DNA of 64,000 nucleotides from an uncultured Acidobacteriota bacterium (GTDB lineage: Bacteria > Acidobacteriota > Thermoanaerobaculia > Multivoradales > UBA5704). The notes beneath the pieces are model-generated. The model saw only the letters and a list, made by a program, of their open reading frames with translations. It did no database searches and was not told the origin of the DNA. Shown here in pieces: positions 62,378 through 64,000 of the stretch. Within the stretch, counting starts at the first letter, position 1; each line of letters starts with the position of its first letter. Where the stretch lies: the NCBI GenBank assembly GCA_963700145.1, contig OY969474.1, positions 3,680,001 through 3,744,000 of the forward strand. Direction: 5' to 3'. A program made the position numbers and the translations under genes.

Positions 62378-63998
62378 CCAGCTTCAGGGGGGTCTCCGGG
62401 TCCGGCGTCACGCCGGCCTGCTGGAGCATCTGCAGCGTGATCGAGTCCTGCGGCACCCGCAGGTCGATCAGCGACAGGCCTTGCCGCGTCTTCGCCTCGT
62501 CGAGCGCCGCCTCCAGCTCCGTCATCGTCTCGACCGTCGCGCCCCAGCCGCCGCCGAAGACCTCGGTCAGCTTGGCGTAGCTCCAGGGGTGGAGGAGGTC
62601 GAACGGCTCGGGCGGGTGCCGCTGGCCGTGCTGGTCGGGGACGAAGTAGTAGGGGTCGACGAACGCCTGCTCGATGCCGTAGAGCGCGTTGTTGAAGACG
62701 AAGACCGTCGCGTCGTGCCCCGAGCGCACGATGTCGGAGGCGGCCTGCGCGATCTCCTGGAAGCCGCCGTCGCCGCAGAAGACCACCGCGCGCTTGTCCG
62801 GCGCCGCGTAGCCCACGCCGACGGCGCCGCCCGGGGTGTAGCCGATCGAGTTCCAGGCCGCCTGCGCGATGAAGCCGTCGCGCCGCCGCACCGGCAGCTC
62901 TGCGGCCGAGTAGAGGGCGATGCTGGTGTCGGCGAGGAGCACCATCGAATCGTCCACCCAGCTCTGCATCCGCGCGAAGAAGCGGTTGTAGGTGACGCGG
63001 TCGTCCGCCGGCGCCGCCGCGGCCGGGGCGAGCGCGGCCAGGCGGACGCGGGCGCTGGCGGCCGGCGTCGGCACCCGGCCGAGCACCGCCGCGGCGCCGG
63101 CCGGAGCCCGGTAGCTGCGCTGCTCCAGCCGCTCGACCAGCCGCTCCATGAAGGCGGCGAGCGGCACCTCGTCGTAGGTTTTCTTCCCGACGCGCACCGT
63201 GTTGTTGTAGGCCAGGATGAGGTTGTCGTAGTGCCCCTGCACCCAGTCCGCGAAGTCGTCTGTCACCACGTTGCCCAGGCCCAGCACCCAGTTCGAGGCG
63301 TTGAACAGGTCCATCACGTTCTTGACCGCCGAGGCGCCGTCGAAGACCCCCTTGAACCCCGGGTGGTCCTCGGAGAGGACCGACTTGCCCAGGAGGTCGG
63401 TGGTCCAGGGCAGCTTGGTGGCGCGGATCACCTCCTCGAGCCGCGCCTGCAGCCCGAAGCGCTGGACCTCGACGCCGGCCCAGAGGACCGGCACTGTGGC
63501 CCCCTGCAGCCGCTCGAGGGTGCGGTCGACGGCGCGCTCGAGGGCGCGCTTCGAGAGCGGCAGCGCGCCGGGCGCCAGCCGGCCGGCGGGCGGGCGGCAG
63601 GCCTCGCCCCAGGCGTTCTGGTAGACCTCGATGTAGACCGGCCGCCGCCAGGTGAGCGCCGCCTCGAGCGCGCGGTCGATCTGCGCCGGCGCGCGCCGCC
63701 CCGAACGCACCACCTCGCGGGCGACCACGACGTTCTTGACCGACTGGGCGTCGGCGGTGAGCGTGCCGGTCGAGTGGTGGTAGAGGACCCCCTCGTGCCG
63801 CTCGACGTGCCGGTTCTTGAACGAGGGGCTGCCGACGACAAGCGCCACCGGCAGCTCCTCGACGTACGAGCCGGCCAGCGCGTTGAGGACGCCGAAGGTG
63901 CCGACGCCGTAGGTCAGGCAGACGGCGCCGGTGCCGCGCAGGCGGGCGTAGGCGTCGGCCGCATAGCCGGCCACCCACTCGTTGGTGACGCCGACGCG
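62334..63998 (-). CDS. ThDP-dependent alpha-keto acid (pyruvate/indolepyruvate) decarboxylase; 5' partial
   Basis: TNE..AGYAADAYAR, TYGVG, YHHS, GDGG...FNN ThDP motif. Confidence 0.88.
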   Translation of the reverse strand, partial: RVGVTNEWVAGYAADAYARLRGTGAVCLTYGVGTFGVLNALAGSYVEELPVALVVGSPSFKNRHVERHEGVLYHHSTGTLTADAQSVKNVVVAREVVRSGRRAPAQIDRALEAALTWRRPVYIEVYQNAWGEACRPPAGRLAPGALPLSKRALERAVDRTLERLQGATVPVLWAGVEVQRFGLQARLEEVIRATKLPWTTDLLGKSVLSEDHPGFKGVFDGASAVKNVMDLFNASNWVLGLGNVVTDDFADWVQGHYDNLILAYNNTVRVGKKTYDEVPLAAFMERLVERLEQRSYRAPAGAAAVLGRVPTPAASARVRLAALAPAAAAPADDRVTYNRFFARMQSWVDDSMVLLADTSIALYSAAELPVRRRDGFIAQAAWNSIGYTPGGAVGVGYAAPDKRAVVFCGDGGFQEIAQAASDIVRSGHDATVFVFNNALYGIEQAFVDPYYFVPDQHGQRHPPEPFDLLHPWSYAKLTEVFGGGWGATVETMTELEAALDEAKTRQGLSLIDLRVPQDSITLQMLQQAGVTPDPETPLKLAKKRPSRKGRPGSS

Positions 63999-64000
63999 GG

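Overview
Very GC-rich bacterial chromosomal segment. The gene content (GWxTD protein, tricorn protease, large carboxypeptidase-regulatory-like repeat protein) suggests Acidobacteriota, which is an inference. Most of it is housekeeping: thiI, pckA, a cold-shock gene, rpsU-mutS2-dnaG-rpoD-tRNA-Asn, yggS, divIVA, hutI, serS-tRNA-Ser, a CAU-anticodon tRNA, two tandem PAS-GGDEF-EAL genes, several hydrolases and a glycosyltransferase cluster. Five things stand out. (1) A compact patatin / TIR-TPR / tandem-SLATT cassette between yggS and divIVA, a candidate undescribed anti-phage signalling system, with an AbiE-like TA pair one gene later. (2) Two diverged copies of a ~165-nt structured element (20738-20901 and 60662-60827) with compensatory base changes, each next to a REP-like repeat. 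(3) An 11 x 21-bp palindromic array directly upstream of the predicted rpsU promoter. (4) Two families of short palindromic repeats translated in frame inside proteins. (5) CDSs overlapping tRNA genes and two homopolymer frameshifts. No CRISPR array, integrase or transposase was seen. All product calls come from motif recognition by eye, not database searches.
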